Both the position numbers and the translations under genes were made by a program. DNA of 64,000 bases from Candidatus Marinacidobacterium sp. (lineage in GTDB: Bacteria; Acidobacteriota; Vicinamibacteria; Marinacidobacterales; Marinacidobacteraceae), in contig OZ242011.1 of the NCBI GenBank assembly GCA_965204755.1, positions 1,888,001 through 1,952,000 on the forward strand, read 5' to 3'. The notes beneath the pieces are model-generated. The model was not told the DNA's origin and made no database searches. It saw nothing but the letters and a program-made list of their open reading frames with translations. The number at the start of each line of letters is the position of its first letter. Positions within the stretch are counted from its first letter, which is position 1. Of the stretch, positions 55,218 to 64,000 are shown one piece after another.

Positions 55218-58200
55218 GCCGTCCCCCTCTCGTTCCCAGTGCCGCTGGCCATGGCGTCTTCCGACGGCTTGTCCGCCAAATCTCGCTCGTGGCGCTCGCG
55301 GGCGGCGCGTTTGGCGGGGAGCGTGTAATGGAGATCGTTCCAACGACTGCCGTCGAATTCGGTACCGCCCATGAAGTCGGTGCGCTCGTCCTTCGTGCCG
55401 GTTCCGGCACAGGCCCAGAACCAAGGAAAATCCTTTTTCGGTCGGATCTCCTTGGGAAGACTAGCTTTGCCCTTCTCCTCGCCCTTACGTCTCATTCGAG
55501 GTCTCTGCGGTTCTGCGCCGCGATCCTTTTTCCAGTGGATCGTCGGCTTGGCCCGCAAAAGACCCGCACCACTCCGGTCGTCGTTCGTGAGTTTTGCCCG
55601 TATGAAGGGGCGTATGTTCAGGCGGACGCCGTCGTCGAGGTCCGGCTCCCAGCCAACAGATTGCCGATGGAGCGGCTTCCACCGGACGAAGAGGTCGAGC
55701 GGTGATTCGCCCTCCAGGATCTTTTGGAGTTGGTACTGAAGTCTCTGAGCGGCCACGAGTCGCCCCTCGGCCCTTGGTGTGCTGTCGTCCTGCGCCGTGT
55801 GCTGCCGAGCGATCCAGTCACCGAGATACCGAAAGGTCATGGACTCGAGCGTCCGTTGCCCCTCGCCGTGCGGGCCGGCCAGCCGGTGGTAGTTGACGAG
55901 GGCGTGGAAGCCGTCGGGAAGCCCGTCCCAGATGTGCCAGACGAGCGGGCGTTGGTGGAAGATGCCGCAGTGTGCCTTGAAGAAATCCCGACGCAGCCAG
56001 TCGTCTAGGTTGTCCGCCTGTCCGCCGGCCGCCGTCCGCAGCAGACGCCGCTCGATCGTCGTGTCCCAGTCGTTCCCGTAGGCGGCGGCGAGAAGGGAGC
56101 GCAAGCGGTCGGCGGCGGGCGCCTCGCCGCCCACAGCGGGCAGGCAGACGATCCCGTCCTCGTCAGCAAACGCGTGGAGATCCGCGCAGCGATCTATCCA
56201 AGCGCGCTGTTCCTCGGCGAGACGCATCTCCGGGTTGCATTCGGCCGGCCAGCGGTACCCGAGCAGCCGCAGGACCGCGACATGTAGAACCGTCGGGTCG
56301 GTTCGGAGAGGCCCGTCCGCAGTACGCTTAGTGTCTTCGTCCCACACGACGCTCCCGCACGGGTGACCGTGGAAGATCCACTGGGTAGGATCGTCGGAAT
56401 AGGGTTCCGGGAGGCCCTTCGGGTACTGTTCGGCGGCGACGGCTTTCCAGCGATCGAGATCGAACGGGACCTTGACAAGAGACGCGTTGGTTACCTTGAG
56501 TGCCTGGTCGATCTCGCGCACTGACCTCGTGTATTCCGGCGTCGCGCAGAAGCACCAGGTGGCTGCGAGTTCGGCGTCGCTCAGCGGGCCGACCGCGCTT
56601 ACGTTGTTGTCGAAATGCTCTCCCGTGTACAGAGTCGCCGACAAGTTCCGAATCTGGGACACTGCCACGCCCTGCTTCTTCCAGATACTCCGGCCGCGTA
56701 TCGTCGCTCCAGGACTCTCGGCGAGTGATCCGCCGGGTCCACAATGCACGACGTGCTCTCTCCCTCCGAAATGCCGTGTCGCGGCGACAGTACTCTGCTG
56801 TGGAACCCACGACGCCGCAAAGTCCGTAGACTCCCAGAACTTCCGACCGAAACGTGCGTAGTCGCCAGTAGTCGTTCCGTTTAGACCGTCACAGAGCCTT
56901 TCGAGAAGCGGCACACTCTCGTCGAATAGACGAATCCGGATTACCGCATCCGGATAGCCGCGCAGCGGTGCCTGTGGTATCAGGTGTACCTCTGCCGTCA
57001 TTCGTAGAGAGTCGGCCTTCTCTCGCGTCGGTAGTCGTGTCTTGCCACGAGTGGAGGCATCAACGCCTGCCATCTCCCATCCATCAACGGGAGAATCGGC
57101 GGACACGATCGTCATCGCGGCGAACGCGCCGGCTGCGGATGTGTCTTGGAAAGCGTGTTCGCCAAGTCTCGCCACGAATCGCCACTGTCTTTGGGATAGC
57201 AGACCTCTGCGCAGTTTACGGTAGGCCTTTAGGAAGAGCCAGTTCTGCGGCACGACGAGTGCTTCGACTCCACTCTCACCCAACAATGCGAAGACCCGCA
57301 CGAGGAATGCCGTAGCCAAGTCATGCTTCGCACTCGGATAGCGAACTCCTAGGAGAGTGGCCAATTCAACACTCTGCCGCTGTCGACTCAGATAGGGCAC
57401 ATTCGTAATGACCAACGAATATGTCTCTGCGAGGAGATCAGCAGCCCCCGCCATTCCGGCGGCAGCGATGGCCTGCTCCCTGCGCTCCGGCTCCTCCTCG
57501 GCTTCTGCGAGAACGGAGTCCAGCAAGGGACGGATGGCGTCGAACCTAGCACCGAAGATGCTCGTGTCGTCATGGCGGGGCTCAATCAGGGAACCGATTG
57601 TCGGTGCCTGGGCGAAGAGGTCGTGCAGTGTTCCGAAGGTCTGGCGGAGTGCGCCCGAGACCAAGGTATCCTGTGTGCGGTAGAGCGTCTTGTCCGGCGC
57701 GGAGCCGGCGGTGCCCGCGGCTCTTTCTGCGAGCGCAATCCATTCATCCTTCGCGGCGTTCGGGGCAAGACCGGAGCAAGCGATCCGGAGAGGCGGGAGT
57801 TCTATGGCCTTTCCGGCGAGTTTCCATGCGGCGAACGCCACCGAGAAGGCGGCGACCTGCGCACACCTCGGGTCTATCTCCAAACCATGGAGGTTGTCGC
57901 GGAGCACCGCCCTGATCGCATCACCAAGAGATAGGCCCTCTTCCTCCATCCGCAGCCGAACGACCAGGTGGAGGCCTTCAACGAGGAAGTGTCCGCTTCC
58001 GCAGCAGGGATCGAGAACACGCAATTCGGCAGCGCGGGCGGGCCACTTGTCGAACGACCCGGCGGCGGGCCGCCAAGGGCCGGAAGCGCCTCCGTTGTCG
58101 GTCCCGTTGCCCGGTTCACGAACGAAGCGCAAGTAGTCGAAGTCGTAGCCGTCCTCCGCCTCGAGGCGCACGGCGCGCCGGAGGTCGTCTTCACTCTCGG

Positions 58201-58936
58201 CGCTCCTCGCGAGTTCGGGACGGTCGGCCAGGAGACGCCCCGCTCGCCACGCGCCCACGGTGTTGTGGAACAGGAAGCGCACCATGTAGGGCTCGGTGAA
58301 CAGTTGGGTCACCGCCGGTAGTTCGTCCGCCCCGATCTTGACGCCGCTCCGGTTCACTTCGTCTTTTCGGTCGGTCTGCCAGAACTGGTAGGTCCAACCG
58401 AGGGCATCATCGGCCAGGAAGACCGCCGGGGGCAGACCGGCGAGTGTCCTCTCGAGTTCTCGCTGCGTCTCCGGGGGAAGCCGCACGGCCAGCGACGGGT
58501 CATCGGGCCGGAAGATGCGCGGCAACATCGCTGCTGCGAATTCGGCGGCCACCGCCCAGATGTCCCTACGGGACTCCCGGGCGATGTCCCGGCACTCGTC
58601 GAGCGACACCGGCACTCCGTGCGTCGGCTCGACCAGCAGCCCGTTCTCGGCGAGGAACCGGGCGAACAGCATCCGGTGCCAATGTTCGTAGGCGACCTCG
58701 TGCGCGAGTCGGCCCACCTCCTGTTCGGCTCCCTGCCGCAGGTCCCCGAGTTGCCGCCCGTGCGCCCGCAGCCGGCGCCGAAGCGCCCGTTCTTCCGCGC
58801 TCAGGGAAGAATCGGGTTCGGCAGCGGCCACCGTGAGCGCCGTAAGCGCGTTGCGAGCCCCGGCCTCCGCCGTCTTCCGTGCCGCCCGCACCGCCTTCGC
58901 CAGTTCCCGGCGCAGTCCCCGATCCAGCGCGCTCAC
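55214..58936 (-). CDS. pglX: BREX DNA adenine methyltransferase PglX
   Basis: AYEHWHRMLFARF, LGWTYQFW, TQLFTE, VLDPCCGSGHF, TNVPY, RPLVWHI and PDLDDGVRLNI; GGAG RBS before GTG 58936. Confidence 0.92.
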   Translation of the reverse strand: MSALDRGLRRELAKAVRAARKTAEAGARNALTALTVAAAEPDSSLSAEERALRRRLRAHGRQLGDLRQGAEQEVGRLAHEVAYEHWHRMLFARFLAENGLLVEPTHGVPVSLDECRDIARESRRDIWAVAAEFAAAMLPRIFRPDDPSLAVRLPPETQRELERTLAGLPPAVFLADDALGWTYQFWQTDRKDEVNRSGVKIGADELPAVTQLFTEPYMVRFLFHNTVGAWRAGRLLADRPELARSAESEDDLRRAVRLEAEDGYDFDYLRFVREPGNGTDNGGASGPWRPAAGSFDKWPARAAELRVLDPCCGSGHFLVEGLHLVVRLRMEEEGLSLGDAIRAVLRDNLHGLEIDPRCAQVAAFSVAFAAWKLAGKAIELPPLRIACSGLAPNAAKDEWIALAERAAGTAGSAPDKTLYRTQDTLVSGALRQTFGTLHDLFAQAPTIGSLIEPRHDDTSIFGARFDAIRPLLDSVLAEAEEEPERREQAIAAAGMAGAADLLAETYSLVITNVPYLSRQRQSVELATLLGVRYPSAKHDLATAFLVRVFALLGESGVEALVVPQNWLFLKAYRKLRRGLLSQRQWRFVARLGEHAFQDTSAAGAFAAMTIVSADSPVDGWEMAGVDASTRGKTRLPTREKADSLRMTAEVHLIPQAPLRGYPDAVIRIRLFDESVPLLERLCDGLNGTTTGDYARFGRKFWESTDFAASWVPQQSTVAATRHFGGREHVVHCGPGGSLAESPGATIRGRSIWKKQGVAVSQIRNLSATLYTGEHFDNNVSAVGPLSDAELAATWCFCATPEYTRSVREIDQALKVTNASLVKVPFDLDRWKAVAAEQYPKGLPEPYSDDPTQWIFHGHPCGSVVWDEDTKRTADGPLRTDPTVLHVAVLRLLGYRWPAECNPEMRLAEEQRAWIDRCADLHAFADEDGIVCLPAVGGEAPAADRLRSLLAAAYGNDWDTTIERRLLRTAAGGQADNLDDWLRRDFFKAHCGIFHQRPLVWHIWDGLPDGFHALVNYHRLAGPHGEGQRTLESMTFRYLGDWIARQHTAQDDSTPRAEGRLVAAQRLQYQLQKILEGESPLDLFVRWKPLHRQSVGWEPDLDDGVRLNIRPFIRAKLTNDDRSGAGLLRAKPTIHWKKDRGAEPQRPRMRRKGEEKGKASLPKEIRPKKDFPWFWACAGTGTKDERTDFMGGTEFDGSRWNDLHYTLPAKRAARERHERDLADKPSEDAMASGTGNERGTA

Positions 58937-58965
58937 GACTCCACTACTCCGCGCTCGGTGCCCAC

Positions 58966-59526
58966 TCAATCGAGCGGCGCGATCTTCCCCGGGGTTTCCC
59001 CGTGCCGCGCCCGTTCCCACGCCTTCAAGAGTTCGTCGCGGTGCTCGGCCGCCCACTCCAGCACGAGCATGCGAGCGCGCTCCCGCAACTCGCCCTCCAA
59101 CAGCATCAGATCGCGAATACCGATCGCGGCCTCCGTTTCCGCATACCGAGCGTGGAAATGTGGCGGCTTGTGCTCCCGAAAATCGATTCGGACGACGATG
59201 CCGTAGAACCGGCTGACTTCGGCGTCTTCCGTTGCGCCCCGCAATCCGGGCATGACTTCCTCGGGAGTCTTGCCCGTGATCTCCATGTAGAGCGCATCGG
59301 GACACAACTCGATCTCGTCGCTCCAGGCGATGCTCCGCCATTCCGAGATGTACACGCCTTCGAAGAAGCGACGATCGTTCCATACCGTGAAAACACCTTC
59401 GCCCGCCAAGTGGGAAAGATCCACTTCCCCCTCGACACCATCGGCGTAGCGCAACCAGATCCGATGCCCTTCTCGCGGCGCCACGGCCACGGGCTGCAGC
59501 AGGTCGTGGTTGGTTTGGGCCGTCAT
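58966..59526 (-). CDS. DUF2442 + DUF4160 fusion (fused toxin-antitoxin-like pair)
   Basis: N-half WLRYADGVEGEVDL...IAWSDEIELCPDALY (DUF2442); C-half SRFYGIVV...EHKPPHFHARY...LVLEWA (DUF4160). Confidence 0.82.
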   Translation of the reverse strand: MTAQTNHDLLQPVAVAPREGHRIWLRYADGVEGEVDLSHLAGEGVFTVWNDRRFFEGVYISEWRSIAWSDEIELCPDALYMEITGKTPEEVMPGLRGATEDAEVSRFYGIVVRIDFREHKPPHFHARYAETEAAIGIRDLMLLEGELRERARMLVLEWAAEHRDELLKAWERARHGETPGKIAPLD

Positions 59527-59536
59527 GCCGAAGTCG

Positions 59537-59992
59537 TCAGCGGATCGCCGCGAACACGATGACGGCGAGGAAGAGCAGGGAAAAGATGACGGGGAGCGAA
59601 GTCTCGACGACGGTCAGTCGCCAGTAGCGGCGGAAGTCCCGTCCTTCGCGAAGCAGTTCCCATTCGCGTCGGAAGAACTGATACGGCATGGCCTGTTCCA
59701 GTTCTTGGAGCGCCTTGAATTTGCCTGTGTTCAGTTGTCGGTAGGACCGGATGACAACGAACCAAGCCGCAGAGAGAATTACGCCGACGACGCCGAAGAA
59801 GACCATGACGGCGTTCCCGCCCAAGTCCCCGGTTCCGAGGCGCAGAAGCGCCGCCAGAAACACCATGAGGCCGGTGAGCAGGCTCACGAACAGGCGATTC
59901 GCCCTTTCGCGGCGCTGGCTCACCCGATCGGCGAGTTCCGCGTGGAGTCTGTAGATTCCGAACAGTTCATCCGGGCTGTTCTCGGCCATCAC
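59537..59992 (-). CDS. Small membrane protein (RipA-family/SLATT-like putative pore-forming effector)
   Basis: ADRVSQRRERANRLF-TM-TM-SYRQLNTGKF..ELE...EW..TM pattern. Confidence 0.7.
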   Translation of the reverse strand: MMAENSPDELFGIYRLHAELADRVSQRRERANRLFVSLLTGLMVFLAALLRLGTGDLGGNAVMVFFGVVGVILSAAWFVVIRSYRQLNTGKFKALQELEQAMPYQFFRREWELLREGRDFRRYWRLTVVETSLPVIFSLLFLAVIVFAAIR

Positions 59993-60044
59993 GCCAACTC
60001 CCTGAACGCCGGTTTCTGCCGTTGCCGCTCAATCGAACGCCGGC

Positions 60045-60380
60045 TCACCCCTCGGGCGCCGGCGTAGTCCCGGCGTCGTCGGACGGATGCGGCGCGGCGG
60101 TGCGGCCGCCGAAGTAGAAGCCCATCACCGAGCCGCTCAGCGTGGTGAGCGCGGCGATCACTTCACCGAAGTGGTCACCGGCCGGTTCGGATCCGAAGAG
60201 CAGCGCATTGATGGTCGAGCCGACGATGAGAAGCGCCAACATGCTTCGCACCGAGCCTCTCGGCAGCCCGAGGCCTCGGCTGGTTTCGTGCTGCGTTCTG
60301 CCTCGCACCCAGAAGAACAGGGGCAGCATGAAGAGGACGAGGAAGGCCAAGACGATTTCGGCCCACATCAGGTTGTTCAT
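60045..60380 (-). CDS. Small 3-TM hypothetical protein
   Basis: GGGAGG RBS; GLGLPRGSVR and GFYFG.R motifs. Confidence 0.72.
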   Translation of the reverse strand: MNNLMWAEIVLAFLVLFMLPLFFWVRGRTQHETSRGLGLPRGSVRSMLALLIVGSTINALLFGSEPAGDHFGEVIAALTTLSGSVMGFYFGGRTAAPHPSDDAGTTPAPEG

Positions 60381-60398
60381 CGCGTTCCTCCCCTCGTC

Positions 60399-63300
60399 CT
60401 AGCCGACGAGGATGGGGCCCTTTCGGACCCGTTCCAGCAGGACGACCTCGGTTTCCTTCAACCAGTCCTCGACCGCCGCTTCATCGGCGAGCGTAGCGCG
60501 GCGGAGGGTGACCGCGGCGGGGGCGCGGGTGTCGGGCTGCGGGTCGTTCGGGGGTGCCGGGGGCGTTTCGCCTTCGGGTGTGTTTGCCGTGTCGTCCGCG
60601 GTCGTGGGGGCGGTGGCGCCGCGCGCGGCGGCCAAGGCGTCTGCGGTCCGTTTCGGGACGGCGTCTGTCTCGGCCCGCCAGACGGCCAGCGGGCGGTCGT
60701 CGAGGGTCCGGAGCAGGGTTTCGTCCGTCGCGATGTCGAGAGGCGCGGGGGCGACGAGACCGTAGCGGCGGCGGATTTCTTCCTGTCGGGCGGAATCGAG
60801 GGCCGGCCAGGCGGGGTCGGCGGCGAGAGTGCCGTCCGCCCTGCCGATCGCGTCCGAGAGGGCGCGGTGGAGGCGCGTCAGTTCCCGTCGGAGGGCGTCC
60901 GCCAGTTTCGCGGCGAGCGGTGCGACCGGGTTGGACTCGGCCAGCAGGGATCGCCGGACGAGGATCGTTTCCAGTTCCGGGCCCACTTCCTCGATCACCG
61001 GAAGGCCCGCCGCGCGATTGCGGAGCCGCATCGTCCGGTCCCACTGCTCCCGGCGCGGCCTGATGCGCTCGGCGAGGGCGCTCCACTCCGGCCACAACTG
61101 CCGGAGTTCCTCGAGGTTCTCGTGGACGGCGGCCAGTTGTTCGTTCCCCGTCTTCCGGCCCAGGCCGTCGAGGAGGGCGGAGACCGGCGGCGCCGGGAGC
61201 GGCGGCTCGCCACCGGCGGCGGCGGCCAAGAACTGGAGCGTTGCCAGGAAGTCCGCCGCCCCGCGCTCCTCTTCCCCGGAAGCGACGGAGACGCCGGCCG
61301 TCTGGAAGAGGCCGCGGAGCGCGATCTTCTCCGCGGTCTTGAGGACGACTTGTTCCGGGCGGAAGTTGGTCGTCTTGACCGCCGCTTGGTCGAGTTTGCC
61401 GGGCTGCACCTGTTGGCCGTTGCGCTCCGCCTTCAACCGTCCGGCGTGGAAGAGCGCGATCAGCGCGGCGTCTATCGCGTCCTGGGGCCAGCCGAACGGC
61501 GCGGAGCGCAGTTTCCGGTGGACTTCGGGCCCGCGCGCTCCGGCGCCGACCGTGTTCATGACCTCCTTCGCCACCGGGTGGTCGGCGGTGTCCCGGTCCC
61601 AGTTGACCGGGGCGAAGGGGCGGTCGGACCTCTCCCTGGCGCGTTTCACCGCCGTGCCCCAGTGCGCGTGGTCGCCCTCGTCGAACCGCGGGAACAGGCG
61701 GGCGAGCGACGACCGGGCGCCGGAGGCGATCTTCGCGGCGAGATCGGCCCCGTACACCTCGCTGCCGCCGCCCTGCAGCACCTGCGTATGGCGCAGCAGG
61801 TTGTCCACGATGCCGTCCCGGCCCTTCTCCGCCGCGGCGAGGCGGCTCTTCATGCTGTTGCGCGCCTCGTGCCCTTCCCGCGAGGCCGGGTTGCCGCGAA
61901 GGTCGAGGACGCGCTGCGCGGCCAGCGCCGTCGCGATCCGGGCCTTCAGGTCGTCGGCGTCGCGCCTGGGGATGTGGACATGGAGCGTCGGGTCGTCGGT
62001 TCCGCCCGAACGCGCCTGCCGCGCGAAGTCGCGGTCGGAACACTGCCAGCCGTCGCGCAGCCAGACGAAGACGGCGTTGGCGTCCCCCCCCGAAGGGGCT
62101 TCGGCCGCGAGGTGGAGGACTAGCGAGCGGCGTTCCTTCGAGTCGCCGTGCGGCACGCGGACCTTGCCGAGGGCCTGCTGGACGGCGGCGCGGAAGAGAT
62201 CGTCGCGTTCGGCGGCGATGTCCGCCTCGTTGTTGCGGCACCGCCCTTCGTGCACCCGGAACTCGCGGTCCCACTCGGCGCCCTCGGTGGTCTGGATGCG
62301 GTACTCGCTCTCGACCTTCATCAGGACGCCCTCGTCCGCCAGCGCGTCGAGGGCCGCCGCCGCCCGCTGCCGGAGCGGGCCGGAGTCGGCGTTCAGGTCG
62401 GTGACGAGGAGGTCGGCCAGCGTGGCCACATCGGCCCGGACTCCGGTGTCCACGCCCGGGTTGCGCGGCAACTTGCCGATGAGGAAGACGAGCGCGGCCA
62501 GGTCGCGGCGAAGCGTTCCTTCGTCGGTTCCGTCGTCCAACTTGGTGATCCGCGTGAAGATTTCGTTCAGGAGGACGCCCGACGAGACGAGATCCGCCGA
62601 GACCGCGTGGAACAGGTCGCTCGTGGGAATGACCGCGCCGAGCGGCCGCTCCGCGACCGCGACGAGCGAGTCGTGGAGGATCCGGAGTTGCGAGCGCAAC
62701 TGGCTGTGGACGCCTTCGCCGGCTTCCGCGGCGCGGAGGCAGGCTTCCCAGAAGCGGCGGCGGGTGCTGAGGAGCGGGTAGTCGGTCTGGCGGGTCGCGC
62801 CGTCGCCGGGCTGCGTGGCGAGGCGGGTGTCGCGCAGGTGGCGGGAGACTTCGCCTTCCCGGTCGGCGAACATCCGTTCGATCGCCGGGCCCGCGCTCGG
62901 CTTCTTGCGGAGCAGGACCTCGCGGGTCACCTTCTCCACATCGGCGTCGGTCAACTCGACCTGGATGCGGAACCGGTCGCGGAGTTTCTGGAGCGCCGGC
63001 GTCGCGGAGAGCGCGGATTGGCCGGAGGCGACGAGGCCCACCCGGCCGTCGAATTGGGTCTGGAGGGCTTCGGCCATCTCGGTGAACACCGCGGAGCGTT
63101 CGTCGGAGCCGCCGATGTACTGCTGGGCCTCGTCGAGCACCAGCGCGGTCAAGGGCAGGGTTTCGTCCTTGCTCCCGAAGCAGAGGGCTTTCCGGGCCAG
63201 GGTCACGAACTGCTCGGTGGTGAGGTCTCCGGAGCGCGGCGGGAACTGGGCGTTGATCGCCGTCCGCGCCTGCTTGGCGCCCGATGCGAAGTCGGGGCTC

Positions 63301-63959
63301 GCTTCCAGAAGCGCTTCGGCGATGCGCGTGCTCACATGGAGGTTGTTCAGTTCCTTCGCCCAGGACTTGCCGCGGGATTCGACGCCGGCCCGGACCTTCT
63401 CCAGGAGACCCTGTTCTTCGAGCCAGAAGCAGAACCCCGCCTGCGGGATCCCGGTGGGGAGGCCGCGGGCCCGGAGGAGGATCGAGAGCGCGGCGACGCG
63501 AACCTGCTCGTTTCCGCTGAGCAGGGTTCCCGCGGCGGCGAACAGCGGCTTCCCGGCGCGGCGGGCGCGGGTGTCGAGTTCGGTGAAGTTCGCCTGGATG
63601 TCCTTCGGCAGGCCGCCCGGGACGAGGCTCCGGGCCTTCGCGCCGTCGTCGAACGCCGTGTTCATCCACAGGTGGGTGAGCATCTTCAGCAGGTGCGACT
63701 TGCCGCTGCCGAAGAAGCCGCTGACCCAGGCGGCTTCCTGCCGGCTGCCGCCGAGGTCGGAGAGGAACCGTTCGAGGATGCGCTGCAGGCCGTCGGCGAA
63801 CCGGCCGTCGCAGACGAAGGTCTCCAGTTCGGCGCGGAGGGCGCCTTCGCGGGCTTCGTCCGGGGCGTCGCCGATCCGCGCCTGCCCCTTGTTGGCGAGC
63901 GGGGAGGTGCGCGGGTCCCGCTCGAGGAGTTCGTGGATCTCCGGAGTCTTCGCGGGCAC
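60399..63959 (-). CDS. brxC: BREX P-loop ATPase BrxC
   Basis: ELETFVC, WVSGFFGSGKSHLLKM, LDEAQQYIG, KLRDRF, YPLL and PFGWPQD. Confidence 0.92.
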   Translation of the reverse strand: MPAKTPEIHELLERDPRTSPLANKGQARIGDAPDEAREGALRAELETFVCDGRFADGLQRILERFLSDLGGSRQEAAWVSGFFGSGKSHLLKMLTHLWMNTAFDDGAKARSLVPGGLPKDIQANFTELDTRARRAGKPLFAAAGTLLSGNEQVRVAALSILLRARGLPTGIPQAGFCFWLEEQGLLEKVRAGVESRGKSWAKELNNLHVSTRIAEALLEASPDFASGAKQARTAINAQFPPRSGDLTTEQFVTLARKALCFGSKDETLPLTALVLDEAQQYIGGSDERSAVFTEMAEALQTQFDGRVGLVASGQSALSATPALQKLRDRFRIQVELTDADVEKVTREVLLRKKPSAGPAIERMFADREGEVSRHLRDTRLATQPGDGATRQTDYPLLSTRRRFWEACLRAAEAGEGVHSQLRSQLRILHDSLVAVAERPLGAVIPTSDLFHAVSADLVSSGVLLNEIFTRITKLDDGTDEGTLRRDLAALVFLIGKLPRNPGVDTGVRADVATLADLLVTDLNADSGPLRQRAAAALDALADEGVLMKVESEYRIQTTEGAEWDREFRVHEGRCRNNEADIAAERDDLFRAAVQQALGKVRVPHGDSKERRSLVLHLAAEAPSGGDANAVFVWLRDGWQCSDRDFARQARSGGTDDPTLHVHIPRRDADDLKARIATALAAQRVLDLRGNPASREGHEARNSMKSRLAAAEKGRDGIVDNLLRHTQVLQGGGSEVYGADLAAKIASGARSSLARLFPRFDEGDHAHWGTAVKRARERSDRPFAPVNWDRDTADHPVAKEVMNTVGAGARGPEVHRKLRSAPFGWPQDAIDAALIALFHAGRLKAERNGQQVQPGKLDQAAVKTTNFRPEQVVLKTAEKIALRGLFQTAGVSVASGEEERGAADFLATLQFLAAAAGGEPPLPAPPVSALLDGLGRKTGNEQLAAVHENLEELRQLWPEWSALAERIRPRREQWDRTMRLRNRAAGLPVIEEVGPELETILVRRSLLAESNPVAPLAAKLADALRRELTRLHRALSDAIGRADGTLAADPAWPALDSARQEEIRRRYGLVAPAPLDIATDETLLRTLDDRPLAVWRAETDAVPKRTADALAAARGATAPTTADDTANTPEGETPPAPPNDPQPDTRAPAAVTLRRATLADEAAVEDWLKETEVVLLERVRKGPILVG

Positions 63960-63961
63960 GG

Positions 63962-64000
63962 TCAGCCCTCGTCGTGCAGGGTGATGGCCTGCGCCAGGTA
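63962..64000 (-). CDS. brxB: 3' end of BrxB (DUF1788), truncated by window edge
   Basis: YLAQAITLHDEG* resembles the DUF1788 C-terminal YLA..I motif; lies directly upstream of brxC. Confidence 0.6.
   Translation of the reverse strand, partial: YLAQAITLHDEG

Noticed and set aside
57392-57403. PglX inactive because of NVPY instead of NPPY
   Set aside because: As I recall, NVPY occurs in this PglX subgroup; the other MTase motifs are intact. Not evidence of inactivation.
59215-59535. 9-bp inverted repeat (GACTTCGGC/GCCGAAGTC) flanking the DUF2442 half as an invertible switch
   Set aside because: Short and GC-rich; inversion would place the ATG out of frame with DUF4160; no invertase nearby.

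Overview
High-GC (~70% by eye) bacterial chromosome segment. The gene inventory (TonB-dependent receptor with a carboxypeptidase-regulatory N-domain, PQQ-type beta-propeller, FG-GAP protein, many Tat-exported hydrolases) resembles Acidobacteriota, but this is inference. Core metabolic and periplasmic genes are interleaved with many small defence-like cargo inserts. The right ~17 kb (minus strand) is a type-1-like BREX operon (brxB end, brxC, pglX, pglZ, brxL). It carries translationally coupled extra genes: two membrane proteins, a DUF2442-DUF4160 fusion and three AlbA_2/RecG-C-terminal ATP-binding paralogues. At 35.4-37.5 kb is a bacterial ubiquitination-like (Bub/Bil-type) operon: an Ala-terminated Ubl, a Cys-free E2 and a JAB-E1 fusion. 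It sits in a transposase-free insert bounded by a 293-bp duplication of the host gene's 3' end, next to a 64-bp AT-rich motif that recurs inverted at 2.56 kb. A second insert (UDG-like gene) is bounded by a 73-bp duplication. AGCT and ACGT are almost absent window-wide and replaced by their C>T products. Several cargo genes are intact ORFs with substituted catalytic residues. No rRNA, tRNA, CRISPR array, integrase or transposase was recognised. All family assignments come from motif recognition by eye, not database searches.
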